64,000 nt of DNA from an uncultured Rhodothermales bacterium (GCA_964383365.1 CAYLHF010000003.1:64251-128250), one strand, 5' to 3'. Counted from the first letter of the stretch, positions 1 to 9,571 are shown. Program-made: numbers and translations. The notes: generated by a model not told the origin, from the letters alone.

Positions 1-273
1 CACCGACAGAACGCCATCGGACCGAAGAGCCCCGATCCAGAGACCGGACTCAAAAAGATGTTCGACCCCCGAATCCAGCGGAAATTCAAATGAGGGAGGG
101 CCCGTTGGAACGTTTCGAACATTCGCTCTCCCGACAAAACCTGCGTTCGTGATAGTGAATCCGACGTTTCCGACGTCTACGACGGCATCTTCAAAAGATA
201 CCTGAGCGTATCCTTCTGAATGCGCACCCAAGATCAGTACGACGAAAACCAGAAGTCGGTAACGATACCGCAT
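1..273 (-). CDS. hypothetical secreted protein, N-terminal part only (gene runs off the left edge of the window)
   Basis: My own minus-strand translation from ATG (cat at 271-273) gives MRYRYRLLVFVVLILGAHSEGYAQVSFEDAVVDVGNVGFTITNAGFVGRANV... and stays open to position 1. It has a typical signal peptide. It is absent from the ORF track because there is no stop codon inside the window. Confidence 0.5.
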   Translation of the reverse strand, partial: MRYRYRLLVFVVLILGAHSEGYAQVSFEDAVVDVGNVGFTITNAGFVGRANVRNVPTGPPSFEFPLDSGVEHLFESGLWIGALRSDGVLSV

Positions 274-578
274 ATTGACGGGTCCCTTGACCGGTCGAGA
301 TGAGTGGGATTATGGATAGTGAGATGCGTTTTCCGAGTCCGGAAAATATCCGGTTCGGAGGTGGATGTAAAGCACTATCCGTTGTCCGAACGATAATTAT
401 TTAATTTTGTTAGATGTTATCTCACCCAGATTCAATTCCTAAGGTCTGGAATAAGGAGCCTGTCCAGACCGGGTGCTCTGTCGGGGTACTCCGATCTGCC
501 CTTCTATATCGCCCACAACCTTCCCATGATCCGGGCGTTAGCACGCATACCGGGCAAGTATTCGATAAGGAAGCACCT

Positions 579-1328
579 ATGAATGCCATTCAGGCCATGC
601 AGAACAAGGATCGAACTCCAGGACAGCGGTGCGTAATCGGATTTCTTCTGATCGCTCTTCTGGTCTTGAATGGCTGTACGGGTAGGGGCCAGCAGGCCGG
701 GCCATCTCCCGACAAAACGAGCCCGTCTACGTATCTGGGAAGGGAAATTGCGGACGTAATGTCGTCCGAAAACGGTGTGAACTGGCTGGATCGGCCCGGT
801 AGGCAGACCGAAGAGCTTCCTGCCAGACTGATTCGTGTCCTCGCGTTGAAACCGGCTGAGACCGTTGCTGACATCGGTGCCGGGACGGGATATATCTCTT
901 TCCTGCTGTCCGATGAAGTACCCCACGGGCGTGTTCTTGCCGTTGATGTCCAAAACGCACTACTCGATACGATTCGCGTCAAGATGGATAGGGAGGGAAT
1001 CACGAACATCGTGCCCATCCTGGGGTCGGATAGAAATCCTAACTTACCGTCTGATACCGTTGATCTCGCGCTGATTGTATCTTCGTATCACGAATTTTCT
1101 GATCCGAAATCGATGCTCGATCATATTTACCAGGCATTGCATCCCGGGGGCCGGCTCGTGATTGTAGAGTACCGTGCAGAAGATCCGACCATTCCCGTTC
1201 CGGACATCCACCGTATGTCAGAAGAACAGATTCGGCTCGAGACAGAGGCATCCGGATTCAGATGGCGAGAATCGCTGACGGTTCTACCACAACAGCATGT
1301 CGTGGTCCTGGAAAAGCCCGTTCGATAG
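579..1328 (+). CDS. class I SAM-dependent methyltransferase with lipoprotein-type signal peptide
   Basis: ORF 414..1328. Contains the SAM-binding motif VADIGAGTGYISFLL, an acidic loop LAVDV, and LVIVEY. ATG 579 (preceded by AAGGAAG) is the most plausible start and gives MNAIQ...RCVIGFLLIALLVLNGC, a signal peptide plus lipobox. Confidence 0.8.
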   Translation: MNAIQAMQNKDRTPGQRCVIGFLLIALLVLNGCTGRGQQAGPSPDKTSPSTYLGREIADVMSSENGVNWLDRPGRQTEELPARLIRVLALKPAETVADIGAGTGYISFLLSDEVPHGRVLAVDVQNALLDTIRVKMDREGITNIVPILGSDRNPNLPSDTVDLALIVSSYHEFSDPKSMLDHIYQALHPGGRLVIVEYRAEDPTIPVPDIHRMSEEQIRLETEASGFRWRESLTVLPQQHVVVLEKPVR

Positions 1329-1384
1329 CGACCGAGCCTCCGGTTTGGCGCGGACGTAGTTCACTGGACGTAGACCCGCGGTTC

Positions 1385-2035
1385 TCATGTTGGAGTCGGA
1401 ATTCGATCAGTATCCAATTCAAGTGCTCTCCAGAAGTACCAAGCCGCGACGGTTCTGAATGGTCTCCATCGTTGAGAGAAAACTTCAAATTCCTTTGGGT
1501 TCGGCAACGAATTCCGTCCGTATACCAGAGCAAATCCTTTCCGAACGCCCAGATCAGCGGCTGGAAAAACGTCGGGCCGGCCGAGTCGAAACATGAGCAG
1601 CATCTGCACACTCCAGGTCCCGATGCCACGTACCTGTGTCAGGCGATCAATGATGTCTGAATCCGACATATCTTGAAGGTCTCGCAGGGGTGGTACGAGC
1701 CCGGAAATTGATTTATCGGCAAGATCAAGGATCGCCGCTGTCTTGGCTCTGGACAGGCCACAGGACCGCAGGGTCTCAGGTTCGATCTGTGCGACTGCTC
1801 TCGGATCGACCGCTTGATTATCCAGGAGCGAGAGAAAACGGCCGTATATGGTGCCGGCCGCCTTTCCGGAAAGCTGCTGATGGACGATGGCCTGACAAAG
1901 AGCTTCGAATACTTCGATCGGTTCGTCGATGGAGACGGTGAACGGACCTACGACGTGAATCAGAGCGGCGAGCGTTGGATCCGCATCCGATAGAGTCAAT
2001 ACGGCATCATCGGCGTCAAACGGGAGTGCAGGCAC
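1385..2035 (-). CDS. HhH-GPD family DNA glycosylase (DNA-3-methyladenine glycosylase II / AlkA-like)
   Basis: Helix-hairpin-helix VRGIGTWSVQMLLMF followed by PAADLGVRKG (catalytic Asp region). 216 aa, GTG start. Confidence 0.8.
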   Translation of the reverse strand: MPALPFDADDAVLTLSDADPTLAALIHVVGPFTVSIDEPIEVFEALCQAIVHQQLSGKAAGTIYGRFLSLLDNQAVDPRAVAQIEPETLRSCGLSRAKTAAILDLADKSISGLVPPLRDLQDMSDSDIIDRLTQVRGIGTWSVQMLLMFRLGRPDVFPAADLGVRKGFALVYGRNSLPNPKEFEVFSQRWRPFRTVAAWYFWRALELDTDRIPTPT

Positions 2036-2240
2036 GGGTGTCTCGTTGCGTGAACGGCTGTACGAAAAGAATATACTGTCCGGGTCGGGCTAATCCGCAT
2101 ACGAAGCTCCATTCTATGTCAGTAAATCCCCTACACAGTCTGAAAGGGTTACCTGTCTCCTACATCAGTTCTTCATTTGTATCGTCCTCATGGAACTGCA
2201 GTCTTCTCAAACCGGTGTGCCCGTCGATTGGGTGGCATAT

Positions 2241-2915
2241 ATGGAAAATGCCGGAACGTATAAAATATTTATAGTCGACGACCATCCTCTGATGCGTAAA
2301 GGCCTCGCGTTGACTCTGGGCTCGGAATCAGATATGGATGTCTGTTTCCAGGCTGACTCAGGTGAAGAGGCACTGGAATTACTGGAGGAAGGAATTCCGG
2401 ATCTGATGATTGTTGACATTTCTCTTCCCGGCATCAGCGGAATTGAATTGATCAAGCATGTGCACGTTCGTTATCCGAATATTTGCCTGCTGGTCGTGTC
2501 CAGGCATGAGGAAACACTCTATGCGGAGCGTGCCATTCGGGCGGGAGCAAGGGGATACGTCATGAAGCTGGAGGCGGCTGATGTCATTGTACATGCCGTT
2601 CGCCGCGTCCTCACAGGAGGTATTTATGTCAGTGCTGAAATCAACGAACGCCTGCTTATGGGGATGGCCGCTGGACAGCAACATCTGACTCATTCCCCTC
2701 TGGAAGTCCTTAGCGACAGAGAACTGGAAGTATTCGAACTCACCGGGCACGGACATGGTACGCGGGATATCGCTGAACGTCTGCATCTGTCGGTTAAGAC
2801 GATTGAAAGTTATCGGGCCAGAATCAAGAGTAAGCTGAATCTGAATAACGCCGCAGAACTCATGCAGCATGCCGTTCAGTGGGTGGAGAGTGAGATCGGA
2901 AAAACGTCGGCCTAG
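2241..2915 (+). CDS. NarL/FixJ (LuxR)-family two-component response regulator
   Basis: Receiver domain (KIFIVDDHPLMRKGL, DLMIVDISLPGISG) plus a C-terminal LuxR/GerE HTH (LSDRELEVFELTGHGHGTRDIAERLHLSVKTIESYRARIKSKL). The ORF opens at 2190; ATG 2241 is preferred. Confidence 0.85.
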   Translation: MENAGTYKIFIVDDHPLMRKGLALTLGSESDMDVCFQADSGEEALELLEEGIPDLMIVDISLPGISGIELIKHVHVRYPNICLLVVSRHEETLYAERAIRAGARGYVMKLEAADVIVHAVRRVLTGGIYVSAEINERLLMGMAAGQQHLTHSPLEVLSDRELEVFELTGHGHGTRDIAERLHLSVKTIESYRARIKSKLNLNNAAELMQHAVQWVESEIGKTSA

Positions 2916-3011
2916 CGCTTCGTATGGATCTAACTCAGGAACGAGAGTCATCGGGTTGGCATTGGATCAGACATAGCTACCATCTCTGATCGTCCTTGAT
3001 ACTGATTCCTC

Positions 3012-3938
3012 ATGCCAGATCTGATCCATCTCGCTATTCCTGCATTTATTCTGCTGCTGGTCATCGAGGCTTTTGTCAGTTCCGTCGGTGACCATCACTG
3101 GTTTGTCGCAAAAGACACGGCGGCCAGCCTGTCCATGGGGATTGGCAATGTGATCGTAAATCTGGCGGCAAAAGGAATGGTGTTTGCCGTTTTTTCGTGG
3201 TTTTATGGTCATCGGTTGCTGACTATTCCGACGACTGCTGCCACCTGGGCAGTGCTTTTTTTCCTCGAGGACGCGACGTATTACTGGTTTCATCGGACAT
3301 CTCATAACTGCCGGTATTTCTGGGCCTCCCACGTTATTCATCACTCGTCGGAAGAATACAATCTAGGAACAGCGCTCAGGCAAACGTGGACCGGCACGGT
3401 CAGCGGCAGCTTCCTTTTCTGGATCTGGCTTCCACTACTGGGTTTTCATCCCGTGATGATCATGACACTTCAGTCGATAAGCCTGCTGTATCAGTTCTGG
3501 ATCCATACCGAGAGCATCGGTCGGTTACCACGTTGGTTTGAGTGGTTGTTCAATACCCCGTCTCACCATCGAGTCCATCACGGTGCAGATATAAAGTATC
3601 TCGACATGAATCACGCAGGTATTCTCATCATCTGGGATCGGATTTTCGGGACGTTTCAGACGGAGGAGGAGCCTCCTACGTATGGATTGACCACCAATCT
3701 GAACACGTATAATCCTTTCCGTATAGCCTTTCACGAGTGGTATTGCCTCGTCACGGACATTCGTTCGGCCACTCGGTGGACAGACCGCGTCCAATACCTT
3801 TTCCGGCCACCCGGCTGGAAACACGACGGGACTGGAAAAACGACCAGAGTGCTCCGACAGACCGGGGAAGAGGCCGATCGAGATGAGCAGCGTCCCGGGT
3901 TCGACTCGATTCAGCCTGTCGGTGGAGGGACGAGTTGA
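3012..3938 (+). CDS. fatty acid hydroxylase / sterol desaturase family membrane protein
   Basis: Three histidine boxes (HRTSHN, HVIHH, HHRVHH) and several hydrophobic TM segments. Confidence 0.8.
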   Translation: MPDLIHLAIPAFILLLVIEAFVSSVGDHHWFVAKDTAASLSMGIGNVIVNLAAKGMVFAVFSWFYGHRLLTIPTTAATWAVLFFLEDATYYWFHRTSHNCRYFWASHVIHHSSEEYNLGTALRQTWTGTVSGSFLFWIWLPLLGFHPVMIMTLQSISLLYQFWIHTESIGRLPRWFEWLFNTPSHHRVHHGADIKYLDMNHAGILIIWDRIFGTFQTEEEPPTYGLTTNLNTYNPFRIAFHEWYCLVTDIRSATRWTDRVQYLFRPPGWKHDGTGKTTRVLRQTGEEADRDEQRPGFDSIQPVGGGTS

Positions 3939-4678
3939 ACTAACTCGATCCGGAAGAGAAGAACGGTATACGGGGGAATAGCGCCGGAACCGAATTGGCC
4001 GTACGCCTGACTGGGGGGAATCGTCAGGAATCTAACACCACCGACGTGCATACCAACTATCCCTTCGTCCCAGCCGGAGATGACCTGACCGGAACCGAGG
4101 GTAAATTGAAACGCGCCACCCTGAAACTGTGAAGCGTCGAAAACAGTGCCGTCTTGAAACGTCCCGACATATTCCACGAAGAGGACACTTCCCGGAACGG
4201 CTTCCTCACCCGTTCCAACGGTTTCGTCCCGGGTCTGAACGGAGTCCAGAATATCGACGACGGTCACCTCATACGATACGTCTGTATTGGGTTGCACGGC
4301 ACACGTACCGTCCGAGAAGCACTGTCCATTACGACCAAAGGCCAGATGTGACGGAATGTCCAGTCGACGCACACCGCCAACACGCATTCCAACAATCCCG
4401 GTATCCCAGCCTTCGATGACTTTCCCGACTCCAAGTGTGAACATGAAATCGCGATTTCGTTCGCTCGTCGCATCGAAAACGCTACCATCCGGTAACGTAC
4501 CGATGTATGAGACGATGAGCGTCATACCATTTTCCACCACGTCGCCCGTTCCGGATACCAGATCCTGAATGCCGAGTTCTCCCTGGGGTGCTGAATCAGA
4601 AGACGAAGAACACGCGGTGGCGGAGAGGATAAGAGCGACGTACAGGAGTAGTCGGGTCCTTTTTACAAAGAAAAACAT
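3911..4678 (-). CDS. FKBP-type peptidyl-prolyl cis-trans isomerase lipoprotein with two tandem FKBP domains
   Basis: Lipobox LILSATACSS. The FKBP core motif occurs twice: GWDTGIVGMRVGGVRRLDIPSHLAFG and GWDEGIVGMHVGGVRFLTIPPSQAYG. ATG start. Confidence 0.85.
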   Translation of the reverse strand: MFFFVKRTRLLLYVALILSATACSSSSDSAPQGELGIQDLVSGTGDVVENGMTLIVSYIGTLPDGSVFDATSERNRDFMFTLGVGKVIEGWDTGIVGMRVGGVRRLDIPSHLAFGRNGQCFSDGTCAVQPNTDVSYEVTVVDILDSVQTRDETVGTGEEAVPGSVLFVEYVGTFQDGTVFDASQFQGGAFQFTLGSGQVISGWDEGIVGMHVGGVRFLTIPPSQAYGQFGSGAIPPYTVLLFRIELVQLVPPPTG

Positions 4679-4806
4679 TCCGGAAGAGTTCAGTTGATGA
4701 CGTTTCAGGCTAAAACAGGGTCGTACCGTAATCGGATTACGATCAGATAGAACGAAGGTTCGCCTGATATCGGGTAGAAACGCGTTCCTATTTCTCGTCT
4801 TACGGA

Positions 4807-5739
4807 TCAGGCAGATTGAAGTCGCTCCAGCGTCGCCAGATTCGTTCTGACGTGTTCGGCAGATTCGTCCATCATGGCCATTTCAGTCGAATCCAGGTCG
4901 ACTTCTATGATTTCTTCCACGCCAGCACGTCCCAGTCTACAGGGCGCGCCGATGAAAATACCCTCCTGTCCGTATTGTCCTGTGAGCCAGACGGCACACG
5001 GAAGGACACGGCCGGAATCTTTCACAATGGCCTCCACCATCTGAGCTGCAGCAGCACCGGGAGCGTACCATGCCGATGTACCTTCGAGTTTAACAATCTC
5101 GCCACCACCCACTTTGGTTCGGGCAACAATAGATTCGGTCGTCGCAGCGTCCATAAAATCGGACAGAGGCATCCCTCCAATAGTCGTAAACCTCGGTAAG
5201 GGAACCATGGTATCACCGTGTCCACCCATGAGCAATGCCTGAATGTCCTTGACAGATACCCCGAGTTCCATCGAAATGAAGGCTCTGTATCTGGCCGTAT
5301 CCAGGATGCCGGCCATACCCATGACGCGATTACTCGGGAATCCACTCGTCATGTATGCCACATACGCCATTACGTCGAGCGGGTTGGATACGATGATCAA
5401 AATGGCGTTCGGGCTGTGGCTCACAAATTGTTCGGTCACGGATCGTACGATCGACGCGTTCTTGGCGAGCAGATCGTCGCGGCTCATCCCCGGTTTGCGA
5501 GCCAGACCGGCCGTAATAACACAGATGTCAGATCCTGCGGTGTCTGCATAGTCGTTTGTCCCCGTGATGCGTGTGTCGAACTGGTGTATGGGAGCCGATT
5601 CCTGCATATCCAGCGCCTTACCCTGGGGAAGTCCTTCCACAATATCGATGAGAACTACTTCGTCCACCATGTCCTTGCGAGCGACACATTCTGCGACGGT
5701 TGCGCCAACATTTCCGGCGCCGACGACGGTAACTTTCAT
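4807..5739 (-). CDS. mdh: malate dehydrogenase (LDH-like family)
   Basis: N-terminal Rossmann motif MKVTVVGAGNVGATVA, substrate loop ITAGLARKPGMSRDDL, catalytic region GGHGDTMVP. 310 aa. Confidence 0.95.
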   Translation of the reverse strand: MKVTVVGAGNVGATVAECVARKDMVDEVVLIDIVEGLPQGKALDMQESAPIHQFDTRITGTNDYADTAGSDICVITAGLARKPGMSRDDLLAKNASIVRSVTEQFVSHSPNAILIIVSNPLDVMAYVAYMTSGFPSNRVMGMAGILDTARYRAFISMELGVSVKDIQALLMGGHGDTMVPLPRFTTIGGMPLSDFMDAATTESIVARTKVGGGEIVKLEGTSAWYAPGAAAAQMVEAIVKDSGRVLPCAVWLTGQYGQEGIFIGAPCRLGRAGVEEIIEVDLDSTEMAMMDESAEHVRTNLATLERLQSA

Positions 5740-6010
5740 ATCTATGTACGAGCTATATGTTCAAGGGCTTTTTTGTATTCGCCATGGTACGAACGGCGTC
5801 TCTTTAATGTCCGTCAACGCCCCGTGGCTGAAACCAATATTTGGCAAAATTCTTGGCGGACTCCGGTAGATACTATGAACACAAATGAATTGCCTGAATC
5901 GTCGGTCCGTTGGTTCAATTCGTAATCAATTCCTAACAGAACGCCCGCGCGTTCTACCCTATCATGGGACGTTACGTAACATTGGACACGGCCGGTAATC
6001 GACGACTGAA

Positions 6011-6865
6011 ATGAGACACGCAGCAATCACCGTATGGGTAGTCAGTATAATCCTCTCTATCTCGGCTGGTCCGGGTAGCGCCCAGTCGGTAGAGGGAATG
6101 AAACACGAAGCGCTCAATGCTACCGTCTGGACGCAGACTTCGGTCGAATACGCGGGCGTTGCGAAAGGATTGTATGCTCTTGCGCACATCCGGCTCGACG
6201 AAGCGCTGTTAGACCCCGGATGGACCGCGTCATTGGAGCAGTTGATGGACGGTCGGTATGAGAACAAACCGGCAGCAGTCATTCTGGATGCCGACGAAAC
6301 CGTACTCGATAACAGTCCTTATCAGGCGCGGTTAATCAAAGACGGGGCATCATTCAGTCGGGATAACTGGAATGCCTGGGTGCAGGAATCCGTAGCCGGA
6401 GCCGTTCCGGGTGCCGTGGAGTTTACCCGATATGCGGCTTCGAACGGGGTAGCGGTCATCTATCTCACGAACCGGTCGGCCGAGATGGAAGATGCGACGC
6501 GATCCAATCTGAAAGCACTAGGTTTTCCGGTATCCGACGATCCCGACGGCGTACTCACGAGGGGTGAAATTAAAGCGTGGAATACATCGAGCAAGACACT
6601 GCGACGCAGACATGTAGCAGATACATATCGAATCGTTTTGCTCGTCGGTGACAATTTCGGTGATTTTTCTGATGATGCCTCGGGTGACGTCGAGGAGCGA
6701 ACACGAGCCGCAGCTAATTATTCTTCGTGGTGGGGAAAGCGCTGGATTGTACTTCCGAATGTTCAGTATGGATCGTGGGAATCTGCCCTGTATAAAGGAC
6801 CGAAGCGTCTTTCCGCCGAGCAACGACTGGAGAGAAAATTCAACAGCCTGCAGACGAAACGGTAG
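6011..6865 (+). CDS. class C acid phosphatase / 5'-nucleotidase, lipoprotein e(P4) family (HAD superfamily)
   Basis: Signal peptide followed by DDDD-type HAD motifs ILDADETVLDNSPYQ, YLTNRS and VGDNFGDFSD. Confidence 0.75.
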   Translation: MRHAAITVWVVSIILSISAGPGSAQSVEGMKHEALNATVWTQTSVEYAGVAKGLYALAHIRLDEALLDPGWTASLEQLMDGRYENKPAAVILDADETVLDNSPYQARLIKDGASFSRDNWNAWVQESVAGAVPGAVEFTRYAASNGVAVIYLTNRSAEMEDATRSNLKALGFPVSDDPDGVLTRGEIKAWNTSSKTLRRRHVADTYRIVLLVGDNFGDFSDDASGDVEERTRAAANYSSWWGKRWIVLPNVQYGSWESALYKGPKRLSAEQRLERKFNSLQTKR

Positions 6866-6933
6866 GACTATAGGAGTGAAAAAGACGGACGATACACGGT
6901 CTACGAGCAATCCGTGTATAACCAAGGTGCATC

Positions 6934-7731
6934 GTGCGTCCGATTCTATCCAGACAGAATGATTCTCGACTCAAGTCAGCGACCTCGTCCAGACGAGAGC
7001 GCTCCCGCTTGACGCCCTTACCTCCAGCTGATAAGAAAAGCGAAGAGCAGATCCTGTCCGTCCTGTCTCACGAATTCCGGACTCCGCTTTCCGTTATTCT
7101 GGGCTACGCCGACCTGTTGAAGACCGAAGTTTCCGACGAGCACACTGAAACGGTCCGTGCGATCATTCAGAGTGGTCAGTCGCTTCTTACAACACTCAAT
7201 TCGGTCCTGGAGTGGTTGGAAATAGCAGAGGAAAAACAGTTCGTGATCCCTGATAATTTTAATGTCGGATCCGTTTTTGATTCCGTCATTTCTCGATTCA
7301 GACCGGCTTCGGCTGAGAAGGGGGTCCGTCTCGTCGGTATTGCCCCGGCAGGGAGTATAACCATGATATCTGATGAGGGACGCCTGCGGAATGTACTCGG
7401 ATATCTGGTAGATAACGCGGTCAAATTCACGAGTGACGGAGAGATCCGATTTTCGATGTCTCCCACCGACCGAGCCATATCCTTTGTTTTGAGCGATACG
7501 GGAATCGGGATGAGTGAAGAAAAGCTTGCACGACTGAGTGCCCCATTTTCTCAGGGTTCGATTGGTGATTCACGGCGATTCTCTGGACTCGGACTCGGCC
7601 TTACGCTCGCCCTGGAAGGAATTCGTCTTCTACAGGGCACGGTCTCGTTCGAGAAACGCGAAAGCGGTGGGACCAGAATTGAGCTCTCATTTCCCAGGGT
7701 ACTCAAGACCCACGTGAAACGGGCTGCTTAA
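6934..7731 (+). CDS. soluble histidine kinase (HisKA + HATPase_c only)
   Basis: H-box LSHEFRTPLSVILGYADLL, N-box LVDNAVKF, G-boxes SDTGIGM and GLGLGLTL. Only about 45 aa precede the H-box and there is no TM segment. GTG start. Confidence 0.8.
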   Translation: MRPILSRQNDSRLKSATSSRRERSRLTPLPPADKKSEEQILSVLSHEFRTPLSVILGYADLLKTEVSDEHTETVRAIIQSGQSLLTTLNSVLEWLEIAEEKQFVIPDNFNVGSVFDSVISRFRPASAEKGVRLVGIAPAGSITMISDEGRLRNVLGYLVDNAVKFTSDGEIRFSMSPTDRAISFVLSDTGIGMSEEKLARLSAPFSQGSIGDSRRFSGLGLGLTLALEGIRLLQGTVSFEKRESGGTRIELSFPRVLKTHVKRAA

Positions 7732-7798
7732 TCTTCCCGAACAAAAGAGGCGCGAGACAGGTACGTGATGGATTCCCCTCCAATCTCCCTCCCGTTCG

Positions 7799-9508
7799 AT
7801 GATAGACCTCGACCGCCCACTCGTTGTGACGGACACCGAGACTACGGGAATCAGTGCCCGGGACAACAGGATCATCGAAATCGGCGCCATGCGCGTCCAG
7901 GACGGGGTAGGAGAGGCCACATTTGAACGACTCATCAATCCAGGAATCTCCGTTCCATATCGGATAACCCGATTAACCGGGATAACCACGGCCATGGTTT
8001 TTTCACAACCGGCCGCCTCCGATGTCATACCAGCGTACTTCGATTTTCTCTCGGACGGCATTCTGGTAGCACACAATCTTTCATTCGACAGGGGATTTCT
8101 GGACGCCGAGCGGGCACGACTGGGACTTGAACCGATGGAGAATAAGGGTCTCTGTACACTTCGGTTGGCTCGACGGCTACTTCCCGGACTTCGCTCAAAA
8201 AGTCTGGGCAATCTCGCCCGGTTTTTTCGTATCCCAGCTCACGGAAGGCACCGCGCACTACGGGACGTTGAGGTAACGGTGGCGGTCATGAATCGTCTTC
8301 TGGAAATTGCTGAATCCGAACATAGCGTCCAATGTCTCGATGAACTCCTGGCCATGCAAACGCGGACGTATTCGAGAATCAATCCGCTCTCGCGTCACAT
8401 TCTGGATATTCGACGCCATGTGTTGCCAGATATCCCGACCGATCCCGGCGTATACAGGATGCTCGATGGACGGCGGCGCGTACTGTATGTCGGTAAGGCA
8501 AAAGTTCTTTCCAACCGGGTTAGGAGCTACTTCAACGCCATAGAAGCTCATCCTCCGAGGATCAGAGAGTTGATCAGCAAGCTACGACATATAGAGTGGA
8601 CTGTGACGGGTACAGAACTGGAGGCTCTCTTGCTGGAGTCTGAACAGATTTACTCTCTCGAACCACCCTTTAATCGCGCACAACGAAAGACAATAGCCCG
8701 ACCGTTCCTGAGAATTGGACAGGAAGAAGAATTTCCCAGGATTACTTCGCATGTATTCCCGTCCGAGACCGGTGGTGAGTTCTACGGGCCGTTCCGAAGT
8801 CGTTCCGAAGTCCGTGCGGTTATTGAGATCATCGAGAGACACTTCAAAGTGAGGACCTGTGACGAGAGGGAATTCAATACCGGTAAACGATGTCTCAGAG
8901 CCGACATTAATCTGTGCATGGCGCCGTGTGAAAATCAGTCGACAGGTCATCAGTACAGAGAACAGATCGATCTCATCAGGGCATTTCTGGGCGGTGATTG
9001 CCACGCTGTTCTGGAACGGACCGCGAGTGAAATGGAGGAAGCATCCAGCAATCTGGCCTTCGAAGAGGCGGCGAAACTCAGGGATGCTCACGACTTGATC
9101 TCGGGTATGGTCTTGAGAGGTGGGAACGTGGCACCGCGACTATTTGATGATGCCGCCGTTATCATTCACCGCGACGAGGTCCTGGATCGAACGGAGGTGC
9201 TCTTCATTCGGGACGGTATCCTGAGAGATGCGGTAACCGCCGCCGATCTTTACGCCGAAGATGACGCGAAGGCGTGTCTCGGGAAGCGTATGAACGACGT
9301 GTTCGGGACGGCTCCTGATCGAACCGGGTCGCAGCTCAAGAAGAGTGTAAATCAGGTCCGGGTCTTAAATCAGTGGCTTTTCGCCAACCGAGAAAACGTG
9401 AAGCGATATGAGAGGCGGAGCGATGAGACCTGGGAGCAATTCACCGGTCGAGTGGCAGAAAACGCAAAGATATCCACAATAGAGAGGAAACGATTAAGTC
9501 GACATTGA
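7799..9508 (+). CDS. DnaQ-like 3'-5' exonuclease fused to GIY-YIG (UvrC/Cho-like) nuclease
   Basis: DEDDh motifs VVTDTETTG, VAHNLSFDRGFL and HRALRDVE. These are followed by the GIY-YIG motif GVYRMLDGRRRVLYVGKAKVLSNRVRSYF ... ELEALLLESEQIYSLEPPFN and a UvrC-like middle region. Confidence 0.8.
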   Translation: MIDLDRPLVVTDTETTGISARDNRIIEIGAMRVQDGVGEATFERLINPGISVPYRITRLTGITTAMVFSQPAASDVIPAYFDFLSDGILVAHNLSFDRGFLDAERARLGLEPMENKGLCTLRLARRLLPGLRSKSLGNLARFFRIPAHGRHRALRDVEVTVAVMNRLLEIAESEHSVQCLDELLAMQTRTYSRINPLSRHILDIRRHVLPDIPTDPGVYRMLDGRRRVLYVGKAKVLSNRVRSYFNAIEAHPPRIRELISKLRHIEWTVTGTELEALLLESEQIYSLEPPFNRAQRKTIARPFLRIGQEEEFPRITSHVFPSETGGEFYGPFRSRSEVRAVIEIIERHFKVRTCDEREFNTGKRCLRADINLCMAPCENQSTGHQYREQIDLIRAFLGGDCHAVLERTASEMEEASSNLAFEEAAKLRDAHDLISGMVLRGGNVAPRLFDDAAVIIHRDEVLDRTEVLFIRDGILRDAVTAADLYAEDDAKACLGKRMNDVFGTAPDRTGSQLKKSVNQVRVLNQWLFANRENVKRYERRSDETWEQFTGRVAENAKISTIERKRLSRH

Positions 9509-9571
9509 TTCAGATTGCTGCGGTTGGTACGTTGATCGACCGAATTATCTGATAAATGAAGACCCGTGATC

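Noticed and set aside
414-578. The N-terminal 55 codons of ORF 414..1328.
   Set aside because: This stretch has no methyltransferase-family features. ATG 579 has an AAGGAAG just upstream and yields a clean lipoprotein signal. The upstream part is more likely non-coding.
4727-4741. The palindrome CGTAATC-G-GATTACG between mdh and the FKBP gene. Also GTTACGTAAC at 5971-5980 upstream of the phosphatase gene, and CAACTAGTTG at 12853-12862 spanning the receptor stop codon.
   Set aside because: Palindromes with 5- to 7-bp arms are expected by chance several to dozens of times in 64 kb. None matches an operator consensus I can name, and none is repeated elsewhere in the window.
9470-9478. The DnaA-box-like sequence ATATCCACA.
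   Set aside because: It is a single copy with one mismatch to TTATCCACA. It lies inside a coding region, with no cluster of boxes, no AT-rich unwinding element and no dnaA or dnaN nearby.
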